A stretch of DNA of 64,000 nucleotides from an uncultured Pseudomonadales bacterium (GTDB taxonomy: Bacteria > Patescibacteriota > Microgenomatia > UBA1400 > PJMF01): positions 329,718 through 393,717 of the forward strand of contig CAZUHV010000001.1 in NCBI GenBank assembly GCA_964620965.1, in the 5' to 3' direction. The notes under the pieces are model-generated. The model did no database searches. It worked only from the letters and a program-made list of their open reading frames with translations, and had not been told where the DNA came from. The position numbers and the translations under genes are program-made. Positions 11,530-21,873 of this stretch are shown piece after piece. Position 1 is the stretch's first letter. Each line of letters opens with the position of its first letter.

Positions 11530-11904
11530 ATGGAATTTAACCAAAAAACATTAATTACTCTTGTTGGGGTTTCTGCAAATCCAGAAAAATATGGCCATAA
11601 AATTTTCAGAGATCTGCTTGCTTCTGGATATAACGTGGTTGGAGTAAATCCAAAAGGTGGAACTATTCTAGAACAAGCAATTATTCCAACTTTAGAAGAA
11701 GTCTCCAGACCAACAGAACTTTTATTAGTCGTTGTACCACCAGAAATTGGAATCACAGTGCTTACGCAAGCAAAAAAACTTGGGATACAAAATGTTTGGC
11801 TACAACCAGGTGCAGAAAGTGAAGAACTAATTCAATATGCTCAGCAAAACAACTTAAATCTTGCCTACAACAAATGTTTTATGGTCAATCAAGGAATTTG
11901 GTAA
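11530..11904 (+). CDS. CoA-binding domain protein (YccU/YneT-like)
   Basis: 124 aa; ITLVGVSANPEKYGHKIFRDLL...GYNVVGVNPKG...LLLVVVPPE matches the CoA_binding_2 fold. Confidence 0.7.
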   Translation: MEFNQKTLITLVGVSANPEKYGHKIFRDLLASGYNVVGVNPKGGTILEQAIIPTLEEVSRPTELLLVVVPPEIGITVLTQAKKLGIQNVWLQPGAESEELIQYAQQNNLNLAYNKCFMVNQGIW

Positions 11905-11908
11905 ATAC

Positions 11909-12766
11909 TTATTTTTTTTGTGGCAACGGAAAAAAAATACTCGTTCTTTTTTTGTACTCTATAAAATCTGGCCTACCCTCATATTTTTTTTCTAGTAAAG
12001 GGACTCCCGAAACAAACAAAATTAGATATGTAATTGTGAGAGGGCTAACAATAAAAAGATAGTTTTGAGTTGCAAAAAAACTTATCAGAAATATTCCCCA
12101 CCACATAGTTACTTCACCAAAATAATTCGGATGCCGACTATATTTCCATAATCCTTCTGTCATTATTTTCCCTTTATTTTCTGGTTTTTTAATAAACTCT
12201 TGTAACTGCCAATCTCCAACAGATTCAAAATAAAAACCAATCAACCAGATAGCAAAACCTAAAAAGCTGTACGCAGTAAAATTACTTGCAGCTATATTAA
12301 CTCCAAGAATAGGTAAAACAATCATGAATAAAAACACACCTTGTAAAATGAAAACCTGTAGATACGATCTGATAAAGAAAAAATTTTTCCAGTCCTTTCT
12401 CCATTGGACATATCGTTTATCTTCATCACTTCTTTTTAGACGATTAAAAATATGTCCTGCTAAACGCAAACCCCATACTGTAACTAAAATAACTAGAAAC
12501 AGGCCTATAAAAGACTTCTGCAATGAAAGAAAATATGCAAACCAAGAAAGTGTAACAAATCCAAGACCCCAAGCTAGATCAGCAACATCATTTCTTTTAA
12601 GTATTACAGATACTATAAACCAAAAGTTCATATACAGAAATAAAATAATGGCTAGCAAAAAATATAAGTTCATAATTTGTTTGATAAATAATAGGTAGAC
12701 CCAGAAACAATAGCAGACAAAAACATTCCCCAGACAATATCTACAAGCGTAATATATATTGGCCAA
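11909..12766 (-). CDS. DUF1295 / steroid-5-alpha-reductase/ICMT-like membrane protein
   Basis: Multi-TM protein with the C-terminal RHPNYFGE motif typical of the DUF1295 / isoprenylcysteine carboxyl methyltransferase superfamily. Confidence 0.6.
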   Translation of the reverse strand: MANIYYACRYCLGNVFVCYCFWVYLLFIKQIMNLYFLLAIILFLYMNFWFIVSVILKRNDVADLAWGLGFVTLSWFAYFLSLQKSFIGLFLVILVTVWGLRLAGHIFNRLKRSDEDKRYVQWRKDWKNFFFIRSYLQVFILQGVFLFMIVLPILGVNIAASNFTAYSFLGFAIWLIGFYFESVGDWQLQEFIKKPENKGKIMTEGLWKYSRHPNYFGEVTMWWGIFLISFFATQNYLFIVSPLTITYLILFVSGVPLLEKKYEGRPDFIEYKKRTSIFFPLPQKK

Positions 12767-13065
12767 TCTTTAAGCACTGCCAGGTTAGTAAGGTCGTATG
12801 TTGAATAAGTAATTAATCCAAAAAAAGCTCCTGTGAGTAGTGCAGTTTGTAGTGAACCTTTTTCTAACGCAGGATTAATCACAAAATAGACTAGCCCAAA
12901 AATAAAAATTAAATAAAAAATTATTGCCGCAAACCAATTAATATTAGTCTTCATTAAAAAACCAATTTGTTGTGAATAAAAATTTTTTGCGAAAATCCCA
13001 AGCCATAACATATCCATAACAAAAAATACTAATAGAGCAATAAAATATGATTTCATAATACTCAT
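12670..13065 (-). CDS. Small integral membrane protein (DUF2177-like)
   Basis: About 130 aa hydrophobic protein. Start chosen at the internal MSIMKSYF to avoid overlap with the upstream NUDIX gene. The 3' end overlaps the DUF1295 gene by about 95 nt, so boundaries are uncertain. Confidence 0.4.
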   Translation of the reverse strand: MSIMKSYFIALLVFFVMDMLWLGIFAKNFYSQQIGFLMKTNINWFAAIIFYLIFIFGLVYFVINPALEKGSLQTALLTGAFFGLITYSTYDLTNLAVLKDWPIYITLVDIVWGMFLSAIVSGSTYYLSNKL

Positions 13066-13078
13066 TGTAACAAAAAAA

Positions 13079-13645
13079 TTATCGACTGAAAATCTTGGGA
13101 AACTTCTTTTTTGCCAGCTCCCATTCAGCAATTGTTTGGGCACAATAAACCGTGCCATTTGCTATCAACCTATCTAGCTCTTCAAAATCTAAAACTTTAA
13201 CCTCAATTTCTTCTGTAGGATCAAAATGTTGCTGTGAATTAAACTCACAATCTACTGCCAAATAACAGTAGACTATCTCTGTAGCCTTTGTGGAAAAACC
13301 AGAAAGCTTTGCGAACTGAGTTAATTGGTCTAAACTAACTCTAATTCCAACTTCTTCTTCTAATTCGTGTTGTGCAGTTTCATCCATACTTTTATGATTT
13401 TTTTCGATTCTTCCAGCTGGAAACTGCATCATTACTTCGTCAGTCCCTGGCTTATATTGATTCGCTAAAACAACTTTTTTGTCCTTTGTGATTGGGACAA
13501 TCATGGCAACATCAGCTAAAGTTGTTACCGTAAAATCATCAACTATCTTGCCACTTGGCATTTTATACACACGCTCTTCTATTGGGAACCATTTGCTTGG
13601 TGATACATCTTTTTTTGATAGTAATTGCCATTTTTTAATCTGCAT
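13079..13645 (-). CDS. NUDIX hydrolase (ADP-ribose pyrophosphatase-like)
   Basis: Nudix box FPAGRIEKNHKSMDETAQHELEEEVGI (G-x5-E-x7-REuxEExGu). Confidence 0.85.
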   Translation of the reverse strand: MQIKKWQLLSKKDVSPSKWFPIEERVYKMPSGKIVDDFTVTTLADVAMIVPITKDKKVVLANQYKPGTDEVMMQFPAGRIEKNHKSMDETAQHELEEEVGIRVSLDQLTQFAKLSGFSTKATEIVYCYLAVDCEFNSQQHFDPTEEIEVKVLDFEELDRLIANGTVYCAQTIAEWELAKKKFPKIFSR

Positions 13646-14399
13646 TCTGTACCTCTAAAACTTCTAAAGTTCTTTGTGATAAAAGCTCTTTTGCTTTCTG
13701 TTTTCCAATTTCTGTTACAAAGTAACTATCTAAATCGTTACCCAGATTCTCTAAATATTCTTGTGCAGGGACACCCTTTCTTTGAACATCTTGCCAAAAA
13801 TTAAGTTGTGTAAAAGACCAAACATGATCTAAATCTACTAGTAATTGCACCTCTATTGGCATTTCATTCCCTAAACCTGCAACTGCCTCTGGCTTATCAT
13901 GAAATAAAATTGCTTTACAAATTATTTCTATTTCTTCGTTTGATAAACCTAAAGCTTCCTGTTCTTTATATAAAATATCTCTTGCAATTGCTTCTCCCAA
14001 AACTGCGTGTTTTTCTTTGGGACCCATAGCAGTTTCACTTAAAGCCAAACCCTTAACACCTAAACTTGCTGCTATTTCTGATTCAGACATTTTGCTCCAA
14101 CCAGAATCATGTAACATCAGTGCATATGCCAAAATATCTCTGTTTGGCTGATGCCCATTTTTTTGAGCCTGCAAAATAAATTCATCTAAATACTGCATAC
14201 AAACAGCAGTGTGCACATCTGTAGTTCTAGCAGATAAAAAAGGAAGAATTTGTTTAAAGAAATTTTTGTATTCCTGTGGCACAAAATCTAGATACGTATC
14301 TTGCCACGGTATGTATAGAAGAAAATGTTGTTCGGATTCTGGCAAGTTACTATCTGGAGGAAGTTTTAAAGTAATAAAAGCAGTAATATTATTTTTCAT
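13635..14399 (-). CDS. HD-domain phosphohydrolase
   Basis: H...HD motif (LMLHDSGW) and a second metal-ligand motif (ILFHDK). Tandem with a second HD protein. Confidence 0.6.
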   Translation of the reverse strand: MKNNITAFITLKLPPDSNLPESEQHFLLYIPWQDTYLDFVPQEYKNFFKQILPFLSARTTDVHTAVCMQYLDEFILQAQKNGHQPNRDILAYALMLHDSGWSKMSESEIAASLGVKGLALSETAMGPKEKHAVLGEAIARDILYKEQEALGLSNEEIEIICKAILFHDKPEAVAGLGNEMPIEVQLLVDLDHVWSFTQLNFWQDVQRKGVPAQEYLENLGNDLDSYFVTEIGKQKAKELLSQRTLEVLEVQNAD

Positions 14400-14985
14400 T
14401 TTCACTTTTTTTTGTTTCAAATACTTCTAATAATGCAAGGTATCGATCTGAAACTTCATCTTTAACTTCTTCAAAGAAAATCTTTTTATTAAAATCTCTC
14501 TCTAACTTTTCTGCAACCCACTCTAAAAATTCTGAATATGTTTTACCTTCTGGAAGATGCATCCAAGTAAATTGCAGATAAAAGTCTGTTGTTAGGTGAG
14601 CAACTGCATCTGCTGTTGCCAACACTTTTGCTTCTAAAGTTTCTGGCAGAAAACCGTCTCTACACGAATGTGGAGCAATTATTTTTTCTAAAATTTCTAC
14701 AACTTCTTCTTGGGAATATTCTGCTTTTTTTAAGGCTTCAATTGCCTTAGCCTTTGAGATTTTTTCATGATCAGAATGAAACCTATACACAAACGCATCT
14801 CCAAAATCGTGTAACAAAGCTCCTGCAACTGCTAAATCAACATCTGCTTCATATTTTTGTGCAAGCAATTCTGCTTTTCTTGCTACAATCGGAACGTGAT
14901 TTTTCCACATCCACTTGCCAAAATACTCAGGACATTTTGTATATGCTAACTCAACCAAATGGAAAACTTTTTGATGCCTGTTCAT
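14389..14985 (-). CDS. HD-domain phosphohydrolase
   Basis: ALLHDFGD motif, HD superfamily, 198 aa. Confidence 0.6.
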   Translation of the reverse strand: MNRHQKVFHLVELAYTKCPEYFGKWMWKNHVPIVARKAELLAQKYEADVDLAVAGALLHDFGDAFVYRFHSDHEKISKAKAIEALKKAEYSQEEVVEILEKIIAPHSCRDGFLPETLEAKVLATADAVAHLTTDFYLQFTWMHLPEGKTYSEFLEWVAEKLERDFNKKIFFEEVKDEVSDRYLALLEVFETKKSENEK

Positions 14986-15031
14986 ACAACTTGCTTTCTT
15001 CTATATGAAATTATAGCAAACATCATAAGAC

Positions 15032-16093
15032 TTAAACAAAATACCCAAGTGTTGTACTGATTATGTAGAAAAGATAGGCAATATATAAAAGAATAAGTAA
15101 AAATCCTGCTTTTCGACCTATTGTCCAGTTTCTAGTAATTAAAATAAATAATATAGCAACAACTGTAGCTAGTAACAAAAATACACTGCTCATCAAGTTG
15201 TCTCTTCCAACTGATATTACACTTTCACCCTTAAGAAGAAAAACCAATATCCATGGAAAGCCTAAGCCAAAAAGAATATCAAAAATATTTGAACCAACAG
15301 CGTTACTAACTGCCATATCACCTCTGCCTTGCTTTGCAACAATGATAGAAGAAAGCAAATCTGGAATAGAAGTTCCAGCGGCTAGAACCGTGAGAGCAAT
15401 AATTGTTGGATTAATACGTAAAATATCTCCAATACCAACAGCTGCCTCGACTAAAATATAACTCAAAACTGCTAATAAAATTATAGAAATTCCAAATGTA
15501 AGCATAAATGCATTTGGTTTTTTTACTGGGTCGGGAATAATAAATGAGAGAAGTTGTTTTGAAGCCTTCGCAAATGCATTCTTTTTCTGCCCCTCTTCGA
15601 CCATTTCAATTATATCTGTATCTTTATAAGGAAGAATTTTCTTCCATATAACAACTGTAAAAACATACAACGCATATCCCAAAACAAAAATGAGGGCCTC
15701 TGCAAAAACAACCTTACCATCCCAGAAAACAGCTAAAAGCAACAAAATTGTTAAAACATAAAAAATTGTGTCACGAATCACTGGTTGCCAAGTGAGTTTT
15801 GCTCTTTTAAATGCAGCTGATGCTCCAATAATGACCAAAATATTAAAGATTGCAGATCCGACAATTGTTCCTGCACCAATATCTCCATGTTCTCCAGGTC
15901 TAAAAACTGCAAAAAGTGAAGTGAACAGTTCTGGTGCACTTGGGCCAACTGCCATAAACGTTGCGCCAGCAACGTCAGAAGGAAGTTTTAATCTCTTTGA
16001 GATCTCATCTAGAGAACCAACAAAAAATTCTTCACACACAACTGCAAGAAGATAAAAAGCAAGAATAAGGATAAAAATATAAACTATGATCAT
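15032..16093 (-). CDS. Na+/Ca2+ exchanger (CaCA family, YrbG-like)
   Basis: Two alpha-repeat motifs (GATFMAVGPSAPELFTS and AAGTSIPDLLSS; GSNIFDIL), 10 TM helices. Confidence 0.85.
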   Translation of the reverse strand: MIIVYIFILILAFYLLAVVCEEFFVGSLDEISKRLKLPSDVAGATFMAVGPSAPELFTSLFAVFRPGEHGDIGAGTIVGSAIFNILVIIGASAAFKRAKLTWQPVIRDTIFYVLTILLLLAVFWDGKVVFAEALIFVLGYALYVFTVVIWKKILPYKDTDIIEMVEEGQKKNAFAKASKQLLSFIIPDPVKKPNAFMLTFGISIILLAVLSYILVEAAVGIGDILRINPTIIALTVLAAGTSIPDLLSSIIVAKQGRGDMAVSNAVGSNIFDILFGLGFPWILVFLLKGESVISVGRDNLMSSVFLLLATVVAILFILITRNWTIGRKAGFLLILLYIAYLFYIISTTLGYFV

Positions 16094-16121
16094 TCGGTTA
16101 TTATAAACTATCTTAGGTCAA

Positions 16122-16850
16122 TTAAAAATTTCTAAAATGATCCCAATCACGAATGTCTTTTTTTGTAAGTTTTACTACACAAAAGTCTAATTTGCCAAGC
16201 CATTTTTTAAGTAAATAACTAGATATAGTTGAAGGAAAAAACCTTATACAGCTATTTTGAAAAGTTGTTAAGTTCTTAAAATACACTGGCAAGTTTTTGC
16301 TGTAAAACAGTAAAACTTTTCTAATCGAAGGGTTCCAAATATTTCTGAAAACAATCTCTCCTTTTTCATCTAAAATTCTGAACGCAAAATAAGAATCTAC
16401 CAACAACCCATCAAACTTCTCTTCGGCATCCATAAAAATAAGATCTGCCTTTTTACCTTGAAAATCAAGGTGAGCCAAAAATTGTTGAGTTGTGTATTTT
16501 TCAATAAATTCTACACTTTTACTTTTAGTAACTATTTTGTAAATAAAATCTTTTACAACTTCTTTTTCTCTATATGAGTCAATAATGTAATACTTTTTTG
16601 GCAAATAGTTTGCAGAAAGCATCCATAAAGATGAGATTCCAAACCCAAATCCACACTCAACAATTACTTTAGGCTTTTTTTTATCAACTGTATTCCGTAA
16701 AAATGTACCTTGATTAAAGTTAATAGAAATAGGAAACAAACGAGCCGATATTTTTGCTGAAAACTCTTTTTCTGAGTATATCTTTTTAAGCAGTTTTCTT
16801 ATCATTAATTTTCTGTGTTTCATGAGCAAAATCGCATTATACTGTATCAA
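16122..16850 (-). CDS. Class I SAM-dependent methyltransferase (O-methyltransferase-like)
   Basis: Motif I VIVECGFGFGISS and an acidic post-beta4 motif LIFMDAEE resembling the family-3 O-MTase LIFIDADK. Confidence 0.5.
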   Translation of the reverse strand: MIQYNAILLMKHRKLMIRKLLKKIYSEKEFSAKISARLFPISINFNQGTFLRNTVDKKKPKVIVECGFGFGISSLWMLSANYLPKKYYIIDSYREKEVVKDFIYKIVTKSKSVEFIEKYTTQQFLAHLDFQGKKADLIFMDAEEKFDGLLVDSYFAFRILDEKGEIVFRNIWNPSIRKVLLFYSKNLPVYFKNLTTFQNSCIRFFPSTISSYLLKKWLGKLDFCVVKLTKKDIRDWDHFRNF

Positions 16851-16936
16851 ATTGAAAAATTAAAATATCATCTCAAAAAGAGTAACGTTCCTACTTTTGA
16901 TTTTTTTCTAAGTTTATTTAATAATGGCAGAATCAT

Positions 16937-18304
16937 ATGAAAAAAAATGACCTAATCGGATTAAAATCGAACCCTAAAGAATTAAACCACTTTTTAAAAA
17001 CCAGTACTGTTACTGACTTACTTAAGTTACTCAAAAATTTTGGGCACATAAATAAAGAATTTGATTATCAGCCACTCCTTTCTGCTTTGAAACATTCAAA
17101 CGATAAAATAAGATCTTTAATAATAAAAAATTTAGCAAAGTCTAAAGATACCTCTTTAATCAATTTGTATGAAGATATTATCAATAGTGATAAAAGTAAT
17201 GATGTTAAAAAAGAAGCTGTCTCAGCAATAGGAAGAACCAGAAATGAAAAGGTCATTCCAATACTAACTAAATACCTAAAGCATAAGAACCCTGAGATTG
17301 TCCTTCAAGCAATTAGGGGGTTACTTGTCTTTAAAACCAATTTAGAAGTTTCTACTAATTTAAAGAAATTGAACAAACACAAAAATGAAATTGTTCGGAA
17401 AGTTATAAATATAGAATTTGGAGAAAAAAAAACTAGCAAAAAAAATGATCAAGTAAATTCACCATCTTTTTTGAAAAATTTGGCAGTACAGGGAGATGTT
17501 CTCCAAGTTCTAAAGAATGTTCCAGAAGAATCAGTACATTTAACATTTACTTCTCCTCCTTATTATAATGCTCGAGACTACTCTATATATGAGAGTTATG
17601 AAGAATATCTGGAATTTCTTTCAAGCGTTTTTAATGAAGTTCATCGAATAACAAAAGAGGGAAGATTTTTCATTCTAAACACTTCTCCAATAATAATCCC
17701 AAGAGTCGGCAGAAAATATTCAAGTATTAGATACCCTATTCCCTATGATATACATACAAAAATAATAAATAATGGCTGGGAATTTATAGATGACATAGTG
17801 TGGGTAAAAAATGAAGCTAGTGTAATTAATAGAAATGGAGGATTTTTTCAATATAGAAAACCATTATCCTACAAGCCTAATGCTAGAACAGAGTCAGTAA
17901 TGGTTTATAGAAAAAAAACCAACAAACTAATAGATTGGAATATTGACCAATACCCTGAAAAAATTATAGAAGAAAGTAAAATTAAAGGTAAGTATGAGTC
18001 ATCGAATGTTTGGGAAATCGATCCTTCTTCAGATAAAAACCATAGTGCTGTTTTTCCTGAAGAACTGTGCAATAGGATTATAAGCTTCTACTCATTTGTT
18101 GGGGATTTAATATTTGATCCATTTAGTGGAAGAGGAACTGTTGGAAAAACCGCACAAAAGTTAAAAAGAAATTATTTTTTGACTGAGATAGATGAAAAAT
18201 ACTTTAATTTTATGAAAGAATATATCGGAGAAAAAAAAGGAAATAATTTTATTTCTGTAAAGCAATTTAATGAATTTAAAAAAAATAAGGAAATACTCAA
18301 ATGA
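16937..18304 (+). CDS. DNA methyltransferase (beta-class N4-C/N6-A amino-MTase) with N-terminal HEAT/PBS-lyase repeat domain
   Basis: Residues about 20-130 form HEAT-like repeats (SLIIKNLAKSKDTSLINLYEDII...EAVSAIGRTRNEKVIPILTKYLKHKNPEIVLQAIRGL). The catalytic motif IV is TSPPY (HLTFTSPPYYNARDY) and precedes motif I FDPFSGRGTVG, i.e. beta-class permutation. Confidence 0.75.
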   Translation: MKKNDLIGLKSNPKELNHFLKTSTVTDLLKLLKNFGHINKEFDYQPLLSALKHSNDKIRSLIIKNLAKSKDTSLINLYEDIINSDKSNDVKKEAVSAIGRTRNEKVIPILTKYLKHKNPEIVLQAIRGLLVFKTNLEVSTNLKKLNKHKNEIVRKVINIEFGEKKTSKKNDQVNSPSFLKNLAVQGDVLQVLKNVPEESVHLTFTSPPYYNARDYSIYESYEEYLEFLSSVFNEVHRITKEGRFFILNTSPIIIPRVGRKYSSIRYPIPYDIHTKIINNGWEFIDDIVWVKNEASVINRNGGFFQYRKPLSYKPNARTESVMVYRKKTNKLIDWNIDQYPEKIIEESKIKGKYESSNVWEIDPSSDKNHSAVFPEELCNRIISFYSFVGDLIFDPFSGRGTVGKTAQKLKRNYFLTEIDEKYFNFMKEYIGEKKGNNFISVKQFNEFKKNKEILK

Positions 18305-19227
18305 CAATAACAGATGCTGCTGGTAAAAAAATAATAACCAGATTATTAGCTGGAGATGATTATAGAATTGAAGTACAAAACATACTAAATGCTGTATTTT
18401 TAGATTATGTTTTGGATTTTTTCAAAAAAGTTATTGATGCAAAATTAAATTCAAAAAAAATAGACACAGATTGGTATAAAAACAACTTCGTTATTGATTA
18501 CTCAGTAAAACCAGAAGATATTGCTATTTATTCTGGAATAAATAAAAAAACCATTACAAACATGTATAACTCAGGCACAAAACAAATTGTGATAAATGCA
18601 TCTGAAAACCATTATGATACTTTATTTCAAACAATTAAAGATTTAGTGAAGTATGACAATGGAATCAATATTAATTTAACAATTAAAATGAATGGTGTAA
18701 GTGTTGAGTTAGACTTAACAGAAACATTAATAGTTATCAACAGCATAGCTGTGAAAAGAGCAGCTTTCGCCGGAGGGCTATGGAGTTCAGCAGGAAAAAG
18801 AGTCGAAAAACCTTTAATGGAAACATTATGTAAGTTATATGATGTTCCAAGAGAATTCTATGAACTCAGGATAAAAAATGAAACTGTTCAAGATTTTGAT
18901 AATAATTATTTCGAAAGAGAAATTGATTTTTATTTAAAAAACAAAACTAACTTATATAAGTGTGAAGTAAAGTTGATGGGAAAAGGAAATCCTGAAAGCG
19001 CTGATGCTGTAATTGCTAGAGATAGTAGCGTTTTTATAGCTGATAAGCTTTCGGATACCAATAAAAAACAACTCAATTCACTTGGTATACTCTGGGTAGA
19101 AATGAGAAGCGAAAAAGGATTCAAAAAATTTGAAGAAATCTTAGATCTTTTAAAAATTCCCCATAAAAAACTGACAGACAATTTAAGTGAAAAAATTGAT
19201 CAAATTTTTTCTGAAATATACAATTAA
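18301..19227 (+). CDS. Putative Type II restriction endonuclease (cognate of the upstream MTase)
   Basis: Start overlaps the MTase stop (ATGA). No similarity recognised by eye, but possible PD-(D/E)xK elements (EREIDFY ... CEVKLMGKG). The call rests on operon context. Confidence 0.4.
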   Translation: MTITDAAGKKIITRLLAGDDYRIEVQNILNAVFLDYVLDFFKKVIDAKLNSKKIDTDWYKNNFVIDYSVKPEDIAIYSGINKKTITNMYNSGTKQIVINASENHYDTLFQTIKDLVKYDNGININLTIKMNGVSVELDLTETLIVINSIAVKRAAFAGGLWSSAGKRVEKPLMETLCKLYDVPREFYELRIKNETVQDFDNNYFEREIDFYLKNKTNLYKCEVKLMGKGNPESADAVIARDSSVFIADKLSDTNKKQLNSLGILWVEMRSEKGFKKFEEILDLLKIPHKKLTDNLSEKIDQIFSEIYN

Positions 19228-19328
19228 GAATCAAGCGTTTAATCATATCACTCCTTAAGTAAAAATGCTTCTCTTCCGCTAAAATAAAGTTAGAACTATA
19301 TTTTTAACAAACATAAGCCATTATAATA

Positions 19329-19793
19329 ATGTATATGCAAAATGAAAAATCAAATAATAAAGAGCAAATAAGTATTGTTGAGTATAACTATAAATTACAG
19401 CAAGCATTAATTACTCTTTTCTTATGGGGAGCCCCCGCTGGGTTTTTAGAATATGTTCAAGAAAATGCATATAATCGGCCGAATGTTTTTTATCAGTTAA
19501 GCGAATCAATGGGTCATCAAAATTCCTTAGCTGGAGCAGCAGTTTTTGGTGCAGGAGAACATATCTTAGATTTTTTAGCAGAATCATTTTTTCCTGAAAA
19601 TGAAAAGCTGAGAAAAATAATCCCTTGGGTTTTATTTACAATAGCGACAATTTATAATCTTGCTCAACTAATAGAACCTCAATACGCGGATAACGCTGCA
19701 GCGGACATTTTTTGGTCTGGAACTGCGATTGGTATTTCGAGATTAATACGCAAAGTGTTCTCTGGAATTTATAAAAGGAAAACTGAGCAATAA
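19329..19793 (+). CDS. Hypothetical protein
   Basis: 154 aa ORF with two hydrophobic segments; no recognisable motif. Confidence 0.35.
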   Translation: MYMQNEKSNNKEQISIVEYNYKLQQALITLFLWGAPAGFLEYVQENAYNRPNVFYQLSESMGHQNSLAGAAVFGAGEHILDFLAESFFPENEKLRKIIPWVLFTIATIYNLAQLIEPQYADNAAADIFWSGTAIGISRLIRKVFSGIYKRKTEQ

Positions 19794-19880
19794 TCCTTAA
19801 GAAATTTTTTATTAATAAAAAAATGGTAGCGGAGACATAATGTCACTTTGGAACTTAATTTTTCAGAGTTTTTATAAATT

Positions 19881-20291
19881 TCAATTTTGTTCAGATAATA
19901 AATCTAATACGATTTGCTCAATTTCATCTCTGATCTGTCTAACACCCTCGATTGTACTTTCATAAGGGTCATCTACATTTTTGAAAACGATGTTTATACC
20001 GCTTGCAATTAAAAATTCTGGAATTATGTCTGGGTTACAAAGAACTACGATCATCTCAATTCCTTGTAACATTTCTTCAGTTACTTGTTTGATTTTTTGT
20101 TCAGAAATATCTATTCCTTTTTCCTTCATAACTTGAATGATATCTTCTCTAGGTTTGAAATTGTATTTCTGTCCGTAGTCATTTACGCCTGCACTTGTTG
20201 CGAAGTTTCCTTTTGCAAAGTGATTATAAAAACCCTCTGCCATTTGGCTTCTGCCAACATTCCCTTCACATATAAATAAAGTTTTTTTCAT
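19881..20291 (-). CDS. arsC: Low-molecular-weight phosphatase / ArsC-type (thioredoxin-coupled) arsenate reductase family
   Basis: N-terminal CEGNVGRSQMAEG P-loop (C-x-G-N-x-x-R-S), 136 aa. Ends with a TGA stop. Confidence 0.8.
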   Translation of the reverse strand: MKKTLFICEGNVGRSQMAEGFYNHFAKGNFATSAGVNDYGQKYNFKPREDIIQVMKEKGIDISEQKIKQVTEEMLQGIEMIVVLCNPDIIPEFLIASGINIVFKNVDDPYESTIEGVRQIRDEIEQIVLDLLSEQN

Positions 20292-20354
20292 AATAAATTT
20301 GATGAATTATATCATTCTTGGCACAAAAAAGTTCCAATTTCATCCCACGCTCTC

Positions 20355-20402
20355 CTGATGTGCGGAGCATGTGGGTCTGGAACCAGTGTGTCCCATAGCA
20401 CA
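20355..20402. repeat. Intergenic repeat copy 1 (core TGCGGAGCATGTGGGTCTGGAACC) followed by AGTGTG-N8-CACACT hairpin
   Basis: 24-nt core identical to the copy at 21257-21280. Lies between the cupin stop and arsC start. Confidence 0.7.
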
Positions 20403-20732
20403 CTATCTAGCCATAGTGAGCAACATCTTGAACTGTTTTGCTGCCTGCAAAGCATGCGGTGTATTGGCAGGTAAAATAAGTACCTGACCTTCGTTAACTT
20501 CGTATTTTTTTTCATCAACTGAAATAATTGCTTCACCATCTAGAATTTGCGCAAAAGCAGTAAAAGGAGTTGTATGCTCACTTAAACCTTGTCCTTTAGC
20601 AAAAGCAAATGCAGTGATAGTAGTTTTTGTGGTTTTAATAAGTTCCCTGCTCACGATAGAGCCACTTTGGTACTCGACGACATTTTTTAGAACATGCGGC
20701 GATATGGTTAGATTATATGTTACTTCTGTCAT
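20403..20732 (-). CDS. Cupin-domain protein
   Basis: 109 aa; GQGLSEHTTPF...ILPANTPHAL cupin motifs. About 60% aa identical to the paralog at 25320-25673. Confidence 0.8.
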   Translation of the reverse strand: MTEVTYNLTISPHVLKNVVEYQSGSIVSRELIKTTKTTITAFAFAKGQGLSEHTTPFTAFAQILDGEAIISVDEKKYEVNEGQVLILPANTPHALQAAKQFKMLLTMAR

Positions 20733-20754
20733 AATAATATCCTATCATGAAAAC

Positions 20755-21201
20755 CTATTTCAATTGGGTGAGTATACTATCTGCCCATTGTCTACTTTTT
20801 TGATATGTAGCCTGGTTTGGGTAGCCATCAATTTGAAGAACTGGTTCAAGAATATTTCCTTGCATTGGCTCAATTTTTTCACTACTTATTTTTCCGCTTG
20901 TTGCAAAATGGGGATAACTAGAATCACCAAGTGAGAAAAAAGCAAAATGTGTATTGTTGCAATTATGATTTTGTTGATCAGCTGTTGAAAAAAATAATTC
21001 AGTAATTGGGTTTAAGTCTCCATCCCCATACGTAGAGCTACCAAAAAAAACCAACTCATGCTCTTTTAGTTGATCGGGATTGGTATTAATAACATCAAAT
21101 AACTCTGCTTTGTGACCATTATTATTTAGATAATCAACGAGATCATTAGCTACAAGAGCCGTATTTCCCGATAGAGTAGAAAATGTTACTGCAATTTTCA
21201 T
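20755..21201 (-). CDS. Flavodoxin
   Basis: MKIAVTFSTLSGNTALVANDL FMN-phosphate-binding loop, 148 aa. Confidence 0.8.
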   Translation of the reverse strand: MKIAVTFSTLSGNTALVANDLVDYLNNNGHKAELFDVINTNPDQLKEHELVFFGSSTYGDGDLNPITELFFSTADQQNHNCNNTHFAFFSLGDSSYPHFATSGKISSEKIEPMQGNILEPVLQIDGYPNQATYQKSRQWADSILTQLK

Positions 21202-21227
21202 ATGACTTTTATTTTAGTTTCACAAGT

Positions 21228-21285
21228 CCTCGTCACTGTAGTTCGAATCTTAGGATGCGGAGCATGTGGGTCTGGAACCCTATTA
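21228..21285. repeat. Intergenic repeat copy 2 (TCACTGTAGTTCGAATCTTAGGATGCGGAGCATGTGGGTCTGGAACCC)
   Basis: About 50 nt nearly identical to copy 3; core identical to copy 1. Confidence 0.75.
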
Positions 21286-21340
21286 TCGCCATAACATATT
21301 TACTGTGATTCAATTAATCTTGACCTTATTATTCATCAAA

Positions 21341-21841
21341 TTACTTATCCAATAACATTTCCATTAAATATTTATCATAGAATTCATCCCCAACCCTTAT
21401 AGCCATTTTTTGCTCACCCACCTTTTTAAAGCCTACTGACTTGTATAAATTGTAAGCTGCAGTTTGAGTAGTCATTACTCCCAATTGTAATTTTTTTATT
21501 TCTGGTTTTGATTTTATATCTTCAATTATGGTTAGCAATAATTTTTTCCCGATACCTTTTCCTCTATCTTCTGGGCGGACATATACCCGCACAATGTTCG
21601 CTATATGAGCAAGTTTTTTCTTTTCTTCACAATAAAAACCAGCCATGCCTATGAGCTTATCATCATCAATAGCAAAATACATGTTTTTGATTCTATCTTG
21701 CCACTCTGAATCCTTTTTTGAATCTATTTCTTCTGTACTCCATAAAAATGCTTGTGGTGAATCAATAGTAGATTCTATGTAGAATTTCTTATAATCTTGC
21801 CATCTTGAAATTGGTAATGTAGTAATTTTCATACAACTCAC
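21341..21841 (-). CDS. GNAT-family N-acetyltransferase
   Basis: Motif A RGKGIGKKLL, 166 aa. Confidence 0.85.
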   Translation of the reverse strand: MSCMKITTLPISRWQDYKKFYIESTIDSPQAFLWSTEEIDSKKDSEWQDRIKNMYFAIDDDKLIGMAGFYCEEKKKLAHIANIVRVYVRPEDRGKGIGKKLLLTIIEDIKSKPEIKKLQLGVMTTQTAAYNLYKSVGFKKVGEQKMAIRVGDEFYDKYLMEMLLDK

Positions 21842-21873
21842 ATTTTAACAGATAGTTATCAAAACCTGGATAT

